A program made the position numbers and the translations under genes. DNA of 64,000 nt from Cyanophyceae cyanobacterium (lineage in GTDB: Bacteria > Cyanobacteriota > Cyanobacteriia > Cyanobacteriales > JBHJGN01). How positions within the stretch are numbered: position 1 is the first letter of the stretch; each line of letters starts with the position of its first letter. The stretch lies in NCBI GenBank assembly GCA_050331735.1, contig JBHJGN010000048.1:29125-93124 (forward strand). The letters run 5' to 3'. Under the pieces are notes generated by a model. That model ran no database searches, was not told the origin of the DNA, and saw only the letters and a program-made list of their open reading frames with translations. Positions 10,385 to 21,026 of this stretch are shown here, piece after piece.

Positions 10385-11635
10385 ATGTTACGTCATTTAT
10401 TTCTGCCGGTGAGAGGGAATATGCTGGCTCCGTGGCTGCGGATGGACTGGAGCCTCCTGATTTTGGTCGTTGGGTTAACCGCGTTTGGGGGGCTGGCTAT
10501 CTACAGTACAGAAGTAGATTCGGGGCTGTCCTATGGTCTCCAGCACTGGATTCTGGGCGGCATTGGCTTAGGGGTGGCGGTGGTGATCGCCCGCTGGCCC
10601 TATGAGCTGCTGCTTCAGTGGCACTGGGTACTCTACGGGCTTACCAATCTGTCACTGGTGGCCGTGATGGTGGTAGGCATTAGTGCTAAAGGAGCGCAGC
10701 GCTGGATTACGATTGGGGGCTTTAACGTTCAGCCTTCAGAGTTTGCCAAGCTGGGGGTGATTATTACCCTAGCAGCGCTGCTGCACACGCATCCGGCCTC
10801 GACCCTACAGGCAGTGGTGCGCGCGCTGGCGATCGCGGCTGTGCCGTGGGCGCTGGTGTTTCTCCAGCCAGATTTAGGAACCTCCCTGGTGTTTGGAGCG
10901 ATCTGTTTGGGGATGCTATTCTGGGCCAATGCGAATCCAGGATGGCTGGTGCTGCTGGTTTCTCCGCTGGTGTCGGCCATTTTGTTTAATTTATACTTTT
11001 CGGGATGGATTCTGTGGGCCGTGGCGATCACCGTGATTGCCTGGTTTACTCTTCCTTTGCCCATCATCTTGTCACCGGGCGTACTGCTAGCCAATTTCTT
11101 GTCAGGACGATTAGGCGGATTACTCTGGGGACTGCTTAAGGACTATCAAAAAGATCGCTTAATTCTCTTTCTTAACCCAGAAAAAGACCCCCTCGGCGGC
11201 GGATATCATCTGATACAGTCGCGCATTGCCATTGGCTCTGGGGAACTGTGGGGGCGAGGACTGTTCGACGGCACTCAAACTCAGCTCAATTTTATTCCCG
11301 AACAGCATACTGATTTTATCTTTTCTGCCGTAGGAGAGGAGCTTGGTTTTGTTGGCAGCATCGGTTTGCTGGTCGTTTTTTGGCTGATTTGCCTGCGGCT
11401 GGTGGTCATTGCTTGTCAGGCCAAGGAAAATTTTGGCTCCTTACTGGCCATTGGGGTGCTGTCCATGATTGCCTTTCAGGTGGCCGTCAACATTAGTATG
11501 ACCATTGGACTTGCTCCCATTACGGGTATCCCGCTTCCCTGGATGAGCTATGGCCGCTCAGCGCTGCTCACTAACTTTATTGCCATTGGTTTAGTCGAGT
11601 CAGTAGCCAATCATCGACCCCAGAAGAAGTATTAG
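10385..11635 (+). CDS. rodA: Rod shape-determining protein RodA (SEDS family)
   Basis: GAQRWI, QPSEFAK, QPDLGT, IPEQHTDFIFS, SYGRS; multiple TM segments. Confidence 0.93.
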   Translation: MLRHLFLPVRGNMLAPWLRMDWSLLILVVGLTAFGGLAIYSTEVDSGLSYGLQHWILGGIGLGVAVVIARWPYELLLQWHWVLYGLTNLSLVAVMVVGISAKGAQRWITIGGFNVQPSEFAKLGVIITLAALLHTHPASTLQAVVRALAIAAVPWALVFLQPDLGTSLVFGAICLGMLFWANANPGWLVLLVSPLVSAILFNLYFSGWILWAVAITVIAWFTLPLPIILSPGVLLANFLSGRLGGLLWGLLKDYQKDRLILFLNPEKDPLGGGYHLIQSRIAIGSGELWGRGLFDGTQTQLNFIPEQHTDFIFSAVGEELGFVGSIGLLVVFWLICLRLVVIACQAKENFGSLLAIGVLSMIAFQVAVNISMTIGLAPITGIPLPWMSYGRSALLTNFIAIGLVESVANHRPQKKY

Positions 11636-11709
11636 CTTAAACACCTCTAATCAGCCATGAATTTTCCCTGCTATGCTAATGATCGACTAGTTTAGATCGA
11701 CGACCCATT

Positions 11710-11901
11710 ATGCTCATTTTGCCAGGAAGTACAGTTCGCGTCACTAATCCTGATGACACCTACTACCGTTTTGAAGGACTGGTGCAGCGAGTCAGCGACG
11801 GTAAGGCAGCGGTGCTGTTTGAAGGAGGAAACTGGGATCACTTAGTGACCTTTAATCTTTCAGAAATAGAAGCCTACGATCCGAAAGCGAAGAAAAAGTA
11901 A
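11710..11901 (+). CDS. ndhS: NAD(P)H dehydrogenase-like complex subunit NdhS
   Basis: ILPGSTVRV...[22 protein letters not shown]. Confidence 0.92.
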   Translation: MLILPGSTVRVTNPDDTYYRFEGLVQRVSDGKAAVLFEGGNWDHLVTFNLSEIEAYDPKAKKK

Positions 11902-11912
11902 GGCTTTAATTC

Positions 11913-12566
11913 ATGCGTCTACCTCTGCCTCAGTTTGCTGCCGACCGTCGTCACCCCGATCACATTGCCGAGGTGATTGAAACCACCACCACAGAATTTT
12001 TGGCTCAGTGCTTAGAGCCAGAGGATCTGAACTTTCCGGTGATGCCTCCTTTTGGGAGCTGGGTGAAATCGATTGATGAGGAGACGGGCAACAAAATTTT
12101 AGGGGTGGTTATTTATGTTACTACGTCCCCGATTGATTCTGTCCATCGAGCGCGGGCTTTAGGCTTGTCGCTTGCCGAACTGCGGGAGCAGCAGCCCCAA
12201 ATCTTTGCCATGCTCAAGACCGAGTTTCGTACGGCGATCGTTGGTTTTGAAGGGAATTCAGGCGGGAATGGCCGAGCTAGCTGCTATCAATATCTACCCC
12301 CGCGTCCACCCCAGATTCACCAGGGAGTTTACCGCTGCAAAGCGGATGAGGTCATCCGCTTTAGTGAGCAGCTAGAGTTTCTGCGCATTCTGCTACAGGT
12401 CAAGGGAGTTCCCGTTGAAGCTCTCATTGCTGCTGTTGTTCGAGAGATCTATCGACTGCGGGAAGCCGACCGCCCCTGGCTGGTTAAAGCAGGCAGAACC
12501 CTCAGTATTTTACTCAAGGACGACTACGATTGTTTGCAGTATATCCTTAGTCAGATTCATTACTAA
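11913..12566 (+). CDS. Conserved cyanobacterial HAS-barrel-like protein
   Basis: MRLPLPQF, HIAEVIET, PPFGSWV, QYLPPRPPQIHQ; directly after ndhS. Confidence 0.75.
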   Translation: MRLPLPQFAADRRHPDHIAEVIETTTTEFLAQCLEPEDLNFPVMPPFGSWVKSIDEETGNKILGVVIYVTTSPIDSVHRARALGLSLAELREQQPQIFAMLKTEFRTAIVGFEGNSGGNGRASCYQYLPPRPPQIHQGVYRCKADEVIRFSEQLEFLRILLQVKGVPVEALIAAVVREIYRLREADRPWLVKAGRTLSILLKDDYDCLQYILSQIHY

Positions 12567-12582
12567 AGTTCCTGCGGGGATT

Positions 12583-12759
12583 GTCGCTGCGCGACAGGAA
12601 AGTAGTTCCTGTCGGAACGGGGAAAGGGGAAGGAGAAAAATGTTCCTCCCGAACGGGGAAAGAACCCAGGATTGAGAAACAAGCTCGTCAAGCTATCCTT
12701 TACCCCTTACCCTTTCCCCTTTTCCCTGCGCCTTTAGCTTTTCCCCGTCGCGCAGCGAC
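12583..12759. repeat. Palindromic intergenic element: ~19-bp inverted termini, GGGGAAA-type heptamer arrays and small hairpins
   Basis: Starts GTCGCTGCGCGACAGGAAA and ends TTTCCCCGTCGCGCAGCGAC; purine-rich left arm, pyrimidine-rich right arm; lies between convergent genes. Confidence 0.8.
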
Positions 12760-13206
12760 TTAGCCTTCGTTTTGACTTTGCCATTTGAGCTTTTCTCTTT
12801 CTAGTTTAAGGCTTGCTTCTAGCTCTTGGAGCTGTTCGCGGCGAGTTTCTACCTCTAAACGCAGGCGGGTGACATCTTGGCTTTGGGAAGTTAGCTCTCG
12901 CCGCCACTGTTCTAGTCTGGCTCGTTCTGCTTCGATAAACTCTGGAGTTATAGAGCCTACGGTCAAATACTGCTGAACTAAGCCAACCACCCAGTTTTTT
13001 GCATCCTTGATCTCTAGAATTTGATAGTTCTCGCCGAGGCTGACAAGGACGAGCATTCCCTCTGTCAGATTCCTTTGATCGTAGGGGAGCGATTCTGAAT
13101 TTTTAATTTCCCAAACGTCTTTGTTTTTTTGAGCTGCTAACAGCACCAGATTGGTTTCGCCTGAAGTAGAATTTTTCTGCACTTGAGCTAGGTGTAACAT
13201 AGCCAT
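12760..13206 (-). CDS. Conserved coiled-coil protein resembling the N-terminus of HmpF
   Basis: MLHLAQVQK...LLAAQK...W...GMLVLV...EQWRRELTSQSQD; family assignment from recall. Confidence 0.7.
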   Translation of the reverse strand: MAMLHLAQVQKNSTSGETNLVLLAAQKNKDVWEIKNSESLPYDQRNLTEGMLVLVSLGENYQILEIKDAKNWVVGLVQQYLTVGSITPEFIEAERARLEQWRRELTSQSQDVTRLRLEVETRREQLQELEASLKLEREKLKWQSQNEG

Positions 13207-13266
13207 TCAGTTATTAATCCTGAATCATGAGTTGCTGATTGGAATTGACATAATGACTACCTGATA

Positions 13267-15984
13267 CTACTTCAGACGTTGAAGGCGCTCCCGTAAAATT
13301 TCTGACTGTTTTTGAGCTTCTGCTAGAGCATCTCTGGCTCCTTGGACGACTTCAGCCGGAGCTTTGTTGACAAAGCCTGAATTACTGAGACGAGCCGACA
13401 AAGAGCTAACTTCTCCGTCAATTTTGCTCAATTTTTTTTCTAGTTTGGCATACAAATTTTTAATGTCGATAATTCCCTGGAGGGGAATCAAAGCCTGAAC
13501 AGTGCCAACGACTCCAGCGATCGCCTGTCTAGTCTCCTGCTGCAAAGTCGGGGTGATGGTAAGCTTGTCTACTTTTGCTAAATCTTGTATGTATGCCGCG
13601 CTGGATTCAAGAATTTGCCGCTCAGATGGGCTGTCGCTTTGCAGAATCACGGGCACTTTGGCTCCTTGTTTGATTTCCGCTTCAGCGCGGAGGTTGCGCA
13701 GCGTACGAATGGTTTCGATCGTCAACTGAAAGTTTGTCTCTAGCTGAGCATCAATGGCGGCTGCTTGGACTTGGGGATAAGCTTGCAGAGCGAGCGTTTC
13801 TGATGAGCGCGTCAGGTTTTGCCAGATTTCCTCGGTAATATGGGGCATAAACGGGTGCAGCAGCTTGAGAATGCCGTCTAGCACAGTCGCGAGCGTTTGC
13901 TGAGCGACCCCCCGTCCCGGGTCATCCTGCTGCCACAGACGCGGTTTAACCAGTTCGATATACCAGTCGCAGAAATCGCCCCAGATGAAGTCGTATAACC
14001 CTTTAGCCGCTTCTCCTAACCCATACTCCTCAATGTGGGCTTGGGTTTGCTGCACTACTCGGTTAAAACACGACAAAATCCAGCGATCGCTTAGCTCCAG
14101 CGCTTCGTCTGGGGCAGCCCCTAACGTCTCGGGAGTCTGGCCATCCAGATTCATCATCACAAAGCGAGCGGCGTTCCACAGTTTGTTGGCAAAATTACGC
14201 GAGGCTTCCACCGATTGAGACTCATCGGAGGAGCGATCGTACTGCAAGCTAATATCCTGTCCGGCTCCGGCCACTTCCCGAATCAGGGTATAGCGCAGGG
14301 CATCGGCACCGTATTTTTCGATCAGCAGCAGCGGATCGATGCCGTTCCCGGCGGATTTTGACATCTTTTTTCCGTTTTCATCCCGCACCAGACCGTGAAT
14401 ATAAACATCCTTAAACGGCATTTGCCCCGTGAGGTATCCCGCCAGCATCGTCATCCGAGCCACCCAGAAGAAAATAATGTCAAACCCGGTTACTAACGTC
14501 GAGGTGGGATAGTAGGTTGGCAAATCGGTGGTGCGCTCGGGCCAGCCGAGAGTAGAGAAGGGCCACAACCCCGATGAGAACCAGGTATCCAACACGTCGG
14601 GGTCTTGCGCTAGCTGCACCTCAGAGTACTGCGCGGCGGCTTGGCGCTGCGCTTCTGCTTCCGAGTGGGCCACGATCAAGGGCGTTGCGTCCGTAATGTG
14701 CCCGCCCGTTTCGCTGACGACGTACCAGGCCGGAATTTGATGCCCCCACCACAGTTGGCGAGAGATGCACCAGTCTTTGAGCTTCACCAGCCAGTCTCGA
14801 TACACTTTCGCCCAGCGTTCCGGGACGTAGCGCGGGGAGCGATCGCGGTCGAGACTGGTCAGCGCCGTTTCCGCTAATGGCGCAATCTTGACAAACCACT
14901 GGGTAGACAGCAGCGGCTCTACAGGAACCTTGCCGCGATCGCTGTAGGGAACGGTATGGTGATACTCCTCGGCCTTAACCATCACTCCGGCTGTCTCTAG
15001 CTGCTGGACCAAATTCTTCCGGGCCACAAACCGATCCTGTCCGGCGAAGGGTCCGGCGTTCTCGTTGAGAGTGCCGTCTTGATTCATAATGTTGATCAGC
15101 GGTAGCTGGTGGCGCTGCCCCATCTCAAAGTCGTTGGGATCGTGGGCTGGCGTCACTTTAACGCACCCAGTGCCGAATTCGGGATCGACTAGTTCATCGG
15201 CAAAAATCGGAATCTCTCGCTCCACAATCGGGAGCGTGACCGTCTTGCCCACTAAATGCTGATAGCGCTCGTCGTTGGGGTTGACCGCCACCCCCGTATC
15301 TCCCAGCATCGTTTCTGGTCTGGTGGTGGCGACTTCCACCGCGCCACTGCCATCGGTGAGCGGGTAGCGGAAGTGCCAGAGATGTCCGTCCACCTCCTTG
15401 TTCTCTACCTCCAAATCCGATACGGCGGACTGGGAAGCCGGACACCAGTTGACCAGGTAGTTCCCGCGATAGATCAGTCCCGCTTCATAGAGTTGCACAA
15501 AAGCGGTTCTCACTGCCGTACTGAGATTGTCATCGAGGGTGAAGCGTTCCCGCGACCAGTCTGCCGAGAGTCCTAACCGTTTTAACTGATTGACAATCGT
15601 ACCGCCCGATTCTGCTCGCCACTGCCACGCCCGTTCTAAAAATTTCTCCCGGCCTAAATCGTAGCGAGTCTTACCTTCAGCTTTAAGCTGTTTTTCAATA
15701 ATGGTCTGGACAGCAATGCTGGCGTGATCGGTTCCCGGCAAGCACAGGGTATTGTAGCCCCGCATGCGGTGGTAGCGGACTAGCGTATCGATTAAAGATT
15801 GTTCAAAGGCATGCCCCATGTGCAGGCTTCCCGTCACGTTAGGCGGTGGAATAACGATGCAGTAAGGAGTCCCGCCACGTTCGGGAGCGGCCTGAAATAC
15901 GTGTTTGTCTTCCCAATATTGTTGCCACTTGGCTTCAGTGGTTTTCGGGTCATATTGAGTTGACAGGGGAGTTGTGGCAGTCAT
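13267..15984 (-). CDS. valS: Valine--tRNA ligase
   Basis: [30 protein letters not shown]-terminal coiled coil (NKAPAEVV). Confidence 0.98.
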   Translation of the reverse strand: MTATTPLSTQYDPKTTEAKWQQYWEDKHVFQAAPERGGTPYCIVIPPPNVTGSLHMGHAFEQSLIDTLVRYHRMRGYNTLCLPGTDHASIAVQTIIEKQLKAEGKTRYDLGREKFLERAWQWRAESGGTIVNQLKRLGLSADWSRERFTLDDNLSTAVRTAFVQLYEAGLIYRGNYLVNWCPASQSAVSDLEVENKEVDGHLWHFRYPLTDGSGAVEVATTRPETMLGDTGVAVNPNDERYQHLVGKTVTLPIVEREIPIFADELVDPEFGTGCVKVTPAHDPNDFEMGQRHQLPLINIMNQDGTLNENAGPFAGQDRFVARKNLVQQLETAGVMVKAEEYHHTVPYSDRGKVPVEPLLSTQWFVKIAPLAETALTSLDRDRSPRYVPERWAKVYRDWLVKLKDWCISRQLWWGHQIPAWYVVSETGGHITDATPLIVAHSEAEAQRQAAAQYSEVQLAQDPDVLDTWFSSGLWPFSTLGWPERTTDLPTYYPTSTLVTGFDIIFFWVARMTMLAGYLTGQMPFKDVYIHGLVRDENGKKMSKSAGNGIDPLLLIEKYGADALRYTLIREVAGAGQDISLQYDRSSDESQSVEASRNFANKLWNAARFVMMNLDGQTPETLGAAPDEALELSDRWILSCFNRVVQQTQAHIEEYGLGEAAKGLYDFIWGDFCDWYIELVKPRLWQQDDPGRGVAQQTLATVLDGILKLLHPFMPHITEEIWQNLTRSSETLALQAYPQVQAAAIDAQLETNFQLTIETIRTLRNLRAEAEIKQGAKVPVILQSDSPSERQILESSAAYIQDLAKVDKLTITPTLQQETRQAIAGVVGTVQALIPLQGIIDIKNLYAKLEKKLSKIDGEVSSLSARLSNSGFVNKAPAEVVQGARDALAEAQKQSEILRERLQRLK

Positions 15985-16374
15985 GAGCTTAGCGTAAGGA
16001 GCAGTAAATTTTATTGTAAGAGTGCGCTAAGAGCAATTGTAGACAATGATAGCTTGTCATCGGAACGCTTTGGTTGGAGCCAGCTTCCGTCCGGCTCAGT
16101 TCGTCTGAGCCCAGCAGCCAAACATCAAAAATTGTTCAAATGGCCACGAGATGAAGCCAATGTTCATTCATAGGCGATCACGCTGACTTTGAGAGTTAAC
16201 TGCCAGAATAGAGTGACCAATTCGGATTCAAAGCGGCACGAGCTCTTTGATCCGGACGAAAAAAACCTTAAGGATAAGAGTACCGTCCTCTAGATTTGAT
16301 TAAGTATCGACAAGCACAGAATCTCCATCCCGTTACGCCTGATTTACTCTGTGGTTAGCGATAACGAAGCTGAC

Positions 16375-16668
16375 CTAGCTCCAGTCCTGCTGTTCTTCCC
16401 TTCCTTTGCGCCGATAGACCTCTCCAAGAGCGTGAATTTGGCGAGTTTGGGCAAAAAGCTGCGCTTCGGTAAGCTGCCACTGCTTCAGGGTGAGGTCGAG
16501 GTCTCGCTGAATGTCCCTAGCCCCCGGAAAGTTCCGGTAGCGAATGCGCAGTCGCGCTAGCTCGACTAAGCTAATTTCGTCAGGAGAGCTTTGCAGCAGC
16601 CGATTAACAGTGGCGCGATCGCTCTTTTCCTGGGGATGCTTTTGATCTTGATTGTTGTCTGCACCCAT
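16375..16668 (-). CDS. DUF3288 family protein
   Basis: DQKHPQ...DR, ELARLRIRYRNFPGARDIQRDL, C-terminal DWS. Confidence 0.8.
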   Translation of the reverse strand: MGADNNQDQKHPQEKSDRATVNRLLQSSPDEISLVELARLRIRYRNFPGARDIQRDLDLTLKQWQLTEAQLFAQTRQIHALGEVYRRKGREEQQDWS

Positions 16669-16791
16669 GTTTACTACAGTGACCAGTGATGGATTAGTCG
16701 TGCTTAGTGTTCACAAGTAGGGCTTGGGCAGTGACCAGTTACCCAATCAGCTAGTTAGGTTGCTCACTGGTAACTGATCACTGATAACTGT

Positions 16792-17898
16792 TCATTGCTC
16801 ACTGGTCACTGCATCAAGCTGCCAAACGTTAATGGTGCGATTAAAAGCACCACTAGCAAGCAGCCTGCCATCTGGACTGAAAGCGACAGATTCCACCCAG
16901 TCGTCATTGGGCAGCCAGCTTAGCGGCTCTCCAGTGCGAATGTTCCACAGGCGAACGCCGTCGTTACTGGCGCTTGCTAGGGTTTCTCCATCTGGATTCA
17001 GGACCAAACCGCGAATCGGTCCAGTGTGGCCTGTAAAAGTGTATAGCAGTTGTCCGCTTAATAGATCCCAGACCTTAACGGTACGGTCGTTACTGCCAGT
17101 AATCAGTCGATTGCCATCGGGAGTATACACTAAGCCGCGGATGCTCTCGGTGTGGGCAGAAAACTCAGAGATAATGGTTCCCGTCCTGAGATTCCAAAAT
17201 ATGACGCGACCGCTGTTGTCTCCGCTGGCAAAGATATAGCCGTTGGGGTTCATGGCTAGCGAATAAACTGGCAAGCCATAGCTTGCTAGGGTATACAGGG
17301 GTCGCTGGGGAATCAGATCCCAGACTTTAATGCCGTCTAATCCACCACTGACGAGCACTTCGCTGTCTGGAGTGATGGCTAAAGACAGAATGTTGCTCGC
17401 GTTTTCCAAAAAGGAGGCTTGGAATTCCCCGGTTTGCCAGTTCCAAAGATTAATTCCGCCGTCGCTACCGCTGCTGACCAAGAGATTTCCATCAGGGCTA
17501 AAGGCAAGAGTCAGGACTGCTTCTCGCTGCGCCCGGAGCCGGTCGAGTTTTTTGCCGTTCTCAACCGACCAAAAGACAACGGTTGGATCGTTAAAGCTCC
17601 CGCCGCTTACCAGTACCTCCCCATCAGGGCTAAAAGCGAGAGAATCAACGGCGGTTTCGTGAGCTTCCATGCTATAGAGCAGTTGCGGATTTGTGCCTCG
17701 CTGAGCAGACGCTGCCGGATTAGCAGTGGGAAGAGGCGTAGAGTCTGGCGGTTGAGGAGGCGAGACCTGAGCAGAAGCTGCTTCTACCCATCCACACACA
17801 ACGGCTGTCGCAGCGGCCAATCCTAGTAAAGAAGGAAGCAATCTTTCTGGAGATTGACTCCGACTAGCAGGCCGCTGTGTCCATCTTCTTCCTGCCAT
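16792..17898 (-). CDS. WD40-repeat protein with N-terminal signal/TM segment
   Basis: About seven repeats of V.SLAFSPDG..L.SG..D..(I/V)..W. Confidence 0.9.
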   Translation of the reverse strand: MAGRRWTQRPASRSQSPERLLPSLLGLAAATAVVCGWVEAASAQVSPPQPPDSTPLPTANPAASAQRGTNPQLLYSMEAHETAVDSLAFSPDGEVLVSGGSFNDPTVVFWSVENGKKLDRLRAQREAVLTLAFSPDGNLLVSSGSDGGINLWNWQTGEFQASFLENASNILSLAITPDSEVLVSGGLDGIKVWDLIPQRPLYTLASYGLPVYSLAMNPNGYIFASGDNSGRVIFWNLRTGTIISEFSAHTESIRGLVYTPDGNRLITGSNDRTVKVWDLLSGQLLYTFTGHTGPIRGLVLNPDGETLASASNDGVRLWNIRTGEPLSWLPNDDWVESVAFSPDGRLLASGAFNRTINVWQLDAVTSEQ

Positions 17899-17915
17899 TA
17901 TTTAAGCTCCTCACT

Positions 17916-18353
17916 TTAGGGTTTTTCATTGTCCTTTGCTGGCCATTTGTCCAACTGAATATTTGGACAAATTGTGGCTCCGAACTGTTCCGGCAGAGGC
18001 TCCTCCTGCCATCCTGACAAGATTCCCTGGAGTTCAGCTTTCAAAAGCTGGAGAGATTCTATCTGCCGATTAATCTGACTTTGCTTGTGGATAAGGCGCT
18101 GCTTAACGGCTCCACAGGGGATTTCTCCCGCGTCATGAACAGCCAAAATGTCCTTAATTTCGTGGAGATTGAGTCCTAAAGACTGCGATCGCCGGATAAA
18201 AGCTAAACGATTAAACACGGACGGATGAAACAGACGATACCCAGATGCAGCTCGCTCCACCGCAGGAGCTAATAGGCCAAAATCTGCGTAGTAGCGCACG
18301 GTTTTCACCGATAAGCCGCTTTGAGTAGCGACGTCGCCAATTTTCAACGCCAT
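17916..18353 (-). CDS. MerR-family heavy-metal-responsive regulator
   Basis: LKIGDVA...VKTVRYY...GYRLF HTH; Cys in IPCG and ICPNI. Confidence 0.88.
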   Translation of the reverse strand: MALKIGDVATQSGLSVKTVRYYADFGLLAPAVERAASGYRLFHPSVFNRLAFIRRSQSLGLNLHEIKDILAVHDAGEIPCGAVKQRLIHKQSQINRQIESLQLLKAELQGILSGWQEEPLPEQFGATICPNIQLDKWPAKDNEKP

Positions 18354-18625
18354 TTCCGGTCTTTAGTTAACACGGGGAGAGGGTTGCTAGAGGAACTAGG
18401 AGGCAAGAAATGTCTGGCTTCTTGAGTCACCGTTTGTGCTTTCTGTACCTGCCACCGGCGCAAAACAACAGCGATGAGAGTCGTGGTTACACCCACCGTC
18501 AGCAGCGACCACCGCCCGCCAACTCCGCCAATGACCGCATCGACCGCTCCCACAATTAAAATAAAGCTAGACACTGGCTCTTTGCGGTAAGCTGTCTTCA
18601 AAAACCGAGGCAGTAAAACGTTCAT
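18344..18625 (-). CDS. Conserved cyanobacterial membrane protein (2 TM)
   Basis: PRFLKTAYRKEPVSSFILIVGAVDAVIGG; overlaps the merR start. Confidence 0.75.
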   Translation of the reverse strand: MNVLLPRFLKTAYRKEPVSSFILIVGAVDAVIGGVGGRWSLLTVGVTTTLIAVVLRRWQVQKAQTVTQEARHFLPPSSSSNPLPVLTKDRKWR

Positions 18626-18709
18626 GCTTGCTTACTCTTTAATATGAACCTAATTTCAGGGTATCTTATCAACCTTTGCTTCGACGAGTCTGGCTGTTAG
18701 AACACTCGC

Positions 18710-18880
18710 TTACTGTAACCCAAGCCACGATAATAAGCCTTCCCCGGTAAAGTATTCAATGGCTAACGTCAAAACAAAACCAATCATCGCCGCTCGTCCG
18801 TTGAGGCGTTCTGCATAGTCGTTAAAACCAAACTTTGGTTCTTCAATATTAGGAGTTGTGCTCGGTTGAGGATTTGCCAT
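18710..18880 (-). CDS. High-light-inducible protein (HLIP/SCP), 56 aa, missed by the ORF track
   Basis: Hand translation MANPQPSTTPNIEEPKFGFNDYAERLNGRAAMIGFVLTLAIEYFTGEGLLSWLGLQ; ExxNGRxAM chlorophyll-binding motif; AGGAG RBS. Confidence 0.93.
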   Translation of the reverse strand: MANPQPSTTPNIEEPKFGFNDYAERLNGRAAMIGFVLTLAIEYFTGEGLLSWLGLQ

Positions 18881-19020
18881 TGGCTTGATAATCTCCTAAA
18901 CAAGGAACTTAATTTTACTTCTTAATATTGTAGAAGTACTGGCGCGTTCGTCAATTGCTTTTGTCTCCTCGAGCCTAAAACCCACAATTATTTTTGAGAC
19001 CAAAACGAAACGATTTAACC

Positions 19021-19563
19021 ATGTCAACCTCACTCCCCCTCGTCCGTGATACGAAAGACAGCTTTGCCATTACTTTTGCTCCGTTATTGCTAGCGGAAGT
19101 GTATCAGCTCGCTGACGACCCGGCTAATGGAGCCGTTGTGGTGATGAGCGGAACTGTCCGCAATCAGACGGATGGCAAGCCGGTAGATTGTCTGGAATAT
19201 CAGGCTTACGAACCGATGGCTCTGGCGGTCTTCCGCCAAATTGCTACTCAAATCCGCCAGCAGTGGAGTGACGCGAATCGAGTTGTGATTCACCACCGCA
19301 TTGGACGCTTAAAAATTGGTGAAATTAGCGTTTTAGTTGCGGTTGGTTGTCCCCATCGGGCTGAAGCCTTTGCCGCCTGTCAATACGCTATCGACACGCT
19401 TAAGCACAATGCCCCCATCTGGAAAAAAGAACACAGGCAGGATGGTTCTAGTACCTGGATGAGTATTGGGGCGTGTGAAGAAAGTCCCGCCGGGACGGGG
19501 AAAGGGAAAGGGGAAAATAGTTCCTTCGGAACGGGGAACGGGGAAACTGTCCGGGACGGGTAA
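19021..19563 (+). CDS. moaE: Molybdopterin synthase catalytic subunit, with repeat-derived C-terminal tail
   Basis: GAVVVMSGTVR, LEYQAYEPMA, HRIGRL, PIWKKE. Confidence 0.92.
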   Translation: MSTSLPLVRDTKDSFAITFAPLLLAEVYQLADDPANGAVVVMSGTVRNQTDGKPVDCLEYQAYEPMALAVFRQIATQIRQQWSDANRVVIHHRIGRLKIGEISVLVAVGCPHRAEAFAACQYAIDTLKHNAPIWKKEHRQDGSSTWMSIGACEESPAGTGKGKGENSSFGTGNGETVRDG

Positions 19564-19652
19564 GGGAAAAGAACATAGAGTTAAGGAACAAGCTGATTCA
19601 TTCACTCCTTTGCCCCTTCCCCTTTCCCCTTTTCCCAAGCGCCTGGGGCGCT
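19484..19652. repeat. GGGAAAG/GGGAACG heptamer arrays with embedded hairpins, inverted arrangement
   Basis: Purine-rich arm 19484-19570, pyrimidine-rich arm ~19605-19636; GTCCC-GCC-GGGAC and GTTCC-TTC-GGAAC hairpins. Confidence 0.8.
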
Positions 19653-20323
19653 TATTCTTTAAGGACGTACCCGACACCGCGCACCGTTTGAATGAGCCGC
19701 TTTTCGCTCTGTGCTTCTAGCTTGAGGCGCAGGTAGCGAATGTAAACCTCAATAATGTTGGAATCTCCCATGAAGTCGTATCCCCAGACTGTTTCTAAAA
19801 TTTGGTCGCGGGTGAGAACCTGGCGCGGATGGAAGAGTAAGTATTCTAAGAGATCAAACTCTTTGGCCGTGAGTTCAATCAGGCGATCGCCTCGATACAC
19901 TTCGCGGGTGCTGCGGTTGAGCCGCAGGTCGGCAAATTGGAGAGCGTTGGGATCTTCTTCTTGGGTCCGCCGTAGATGCGCTCGTACTCTGGCGAGTAAT
20001 TCTTCAATGCTGAACGGTTTAACGAGGTAATCATCGGCTCCGGCATCGAGTCCAGCGACGCGATCGCTGATTTCGTCTTTGGCCGTTAGCAACACAATCG
20101 GCACTCGATCCCCTGTTTCTCGCAGACGACGGCAGATTTCTGTTCCTGAGATTCCTGGCAGCATCCAGTCTAGCAGAATCAGATCGGGCTGAGTCTCTCG
20201 GGCCGCCGCTAATCCGGCTAATCCATCTGGAGCTACTGCTACCTGATAGCCTTCATACTTAAGCTCTAGTTCAATGAATCGAGCGAGCTTGGCTTCGTCT
20301 TCTACCACTAAAATGTTAGTCAT
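19652..20323 (-). CDS. OmpR/PhoB-family response regulator (no kinase adjacent)
   Basis: [32 protein letters not shown]. Confidence 0.93.
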   Translation of the reverse strand: MTNILVVEDEAKLARFIELELKYEGYQVAVAPDGLAGLAAARETQPDLILLDWMLPGISGTEICRRLRETGDRVPIVLLTAKDEISDRVAGLDAGADDYLVKPFSIEELLARVRAHLRRTQEEDPNALQFADLRLNRSTREVYRGDRLIELTAKEFDLLEYLLFHPRQVLTRDQILETVWGYDFMGDSNIIEVYIRYLRLKLEAQSEKRLIQTVRGVGYVLKE

Positions 20324-20500
20324 TAATCATGGGCTAGCTGACAGCTACATCTATTATCAATGATGACCGTCTACTCAATAGCGATCACATCTAACATAAA
20401 CAAACTGAGATAAAGATATCGTAAACTTGGCTAGAGAGCCGGACGCCGAGAACCGCCAAACTAAGTCCCCACAATCAACCACTAACTATCAACGATTGAG

Positions 20501-20992
20501 ATGGAACCGCCTTCGCCTGAATCAACAATGAACAAACTGACGGCTCAACGCCGTTCGTCCAAACTAAGTTCTTGGGGAAGTTGGCTAGCGTTGGTCCTGC
20601 TGTTTGGCTTTGCCTGTTACCTGGGAATTCAATCTCGATCTCAGCAATCGACACCAGTGCGGCAGTCAGCAGCCGACTGTTTACCCTCCTCTAGTTCGAG
20701 AGAGCAGCAGATTGCTGAACTCAGACAGAGACAGCAGCAAGGAGACTCGGCTCAGTGTCAGCCCCTCCTCGATCAACTGCTGTTTGGCCACGCGATCGAA
20801 ACCTTGGCTAGCAACAATCAACGACAGGAAGCAGTTTTCCTGATCTGCGAGGTTTCTGATGCCTACTATCAGGCTAACGCTAATCTGCCTCTTTACTTTA
20901 GACGGTGGTCAGAAAGTAGCGATCGCTTTCAGACGTGGCTGACGCTGTACCTGCAAACCAACACCTGTCCCGCAGCTCGCTACCTCAAGTAG
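20501..20992 (+). CDS. Hypothetical membrane-anchored protein
   Basis: 163-aa ORF with one hydrophobic segment and several Cys; no family recognised. Confidence 0.55.
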   Translation: MEPPSPESTMNKLTAQRRSSKLSSWGSWLALVLLFGFACYLGIQSRSQQSTPVRQSAADCLPSSSSREQQIAELRQRQQQGDSAQCQPLLDQLLFGHAIETLASNNQRQEAVFLICEVSDAYYQANANLPLYFRRWSESSDRFQTWLTLYLQTNTCPAARYLK

Positions 20993-21026
20993 CGCCCAGC
21001 AAGGTGGGATGGCCCACCTTAAGGAT

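Noticed and set aside
11913..12566. HAS-barrel-like gene as part of a HerA/NurA defence or repair module
   Set aside because: No herA or nurA nearby; it sits in a housekeeping mrp-rodA-ndhS context
12581..12763. ORF-track entries 12581..12763, 19333..19677, 19466..19720, 24971..25222 and 36385..36585
   Set aside because: They are translations of heptamer repeat elements (GKGERG/FPLSP low-complexity peptides), not credible genes
18900..18935. Expected HLR1 site upstream of the hli gene
   Set aside because: AT-rich, but no convincing match to the direct-repeat consensus by eye
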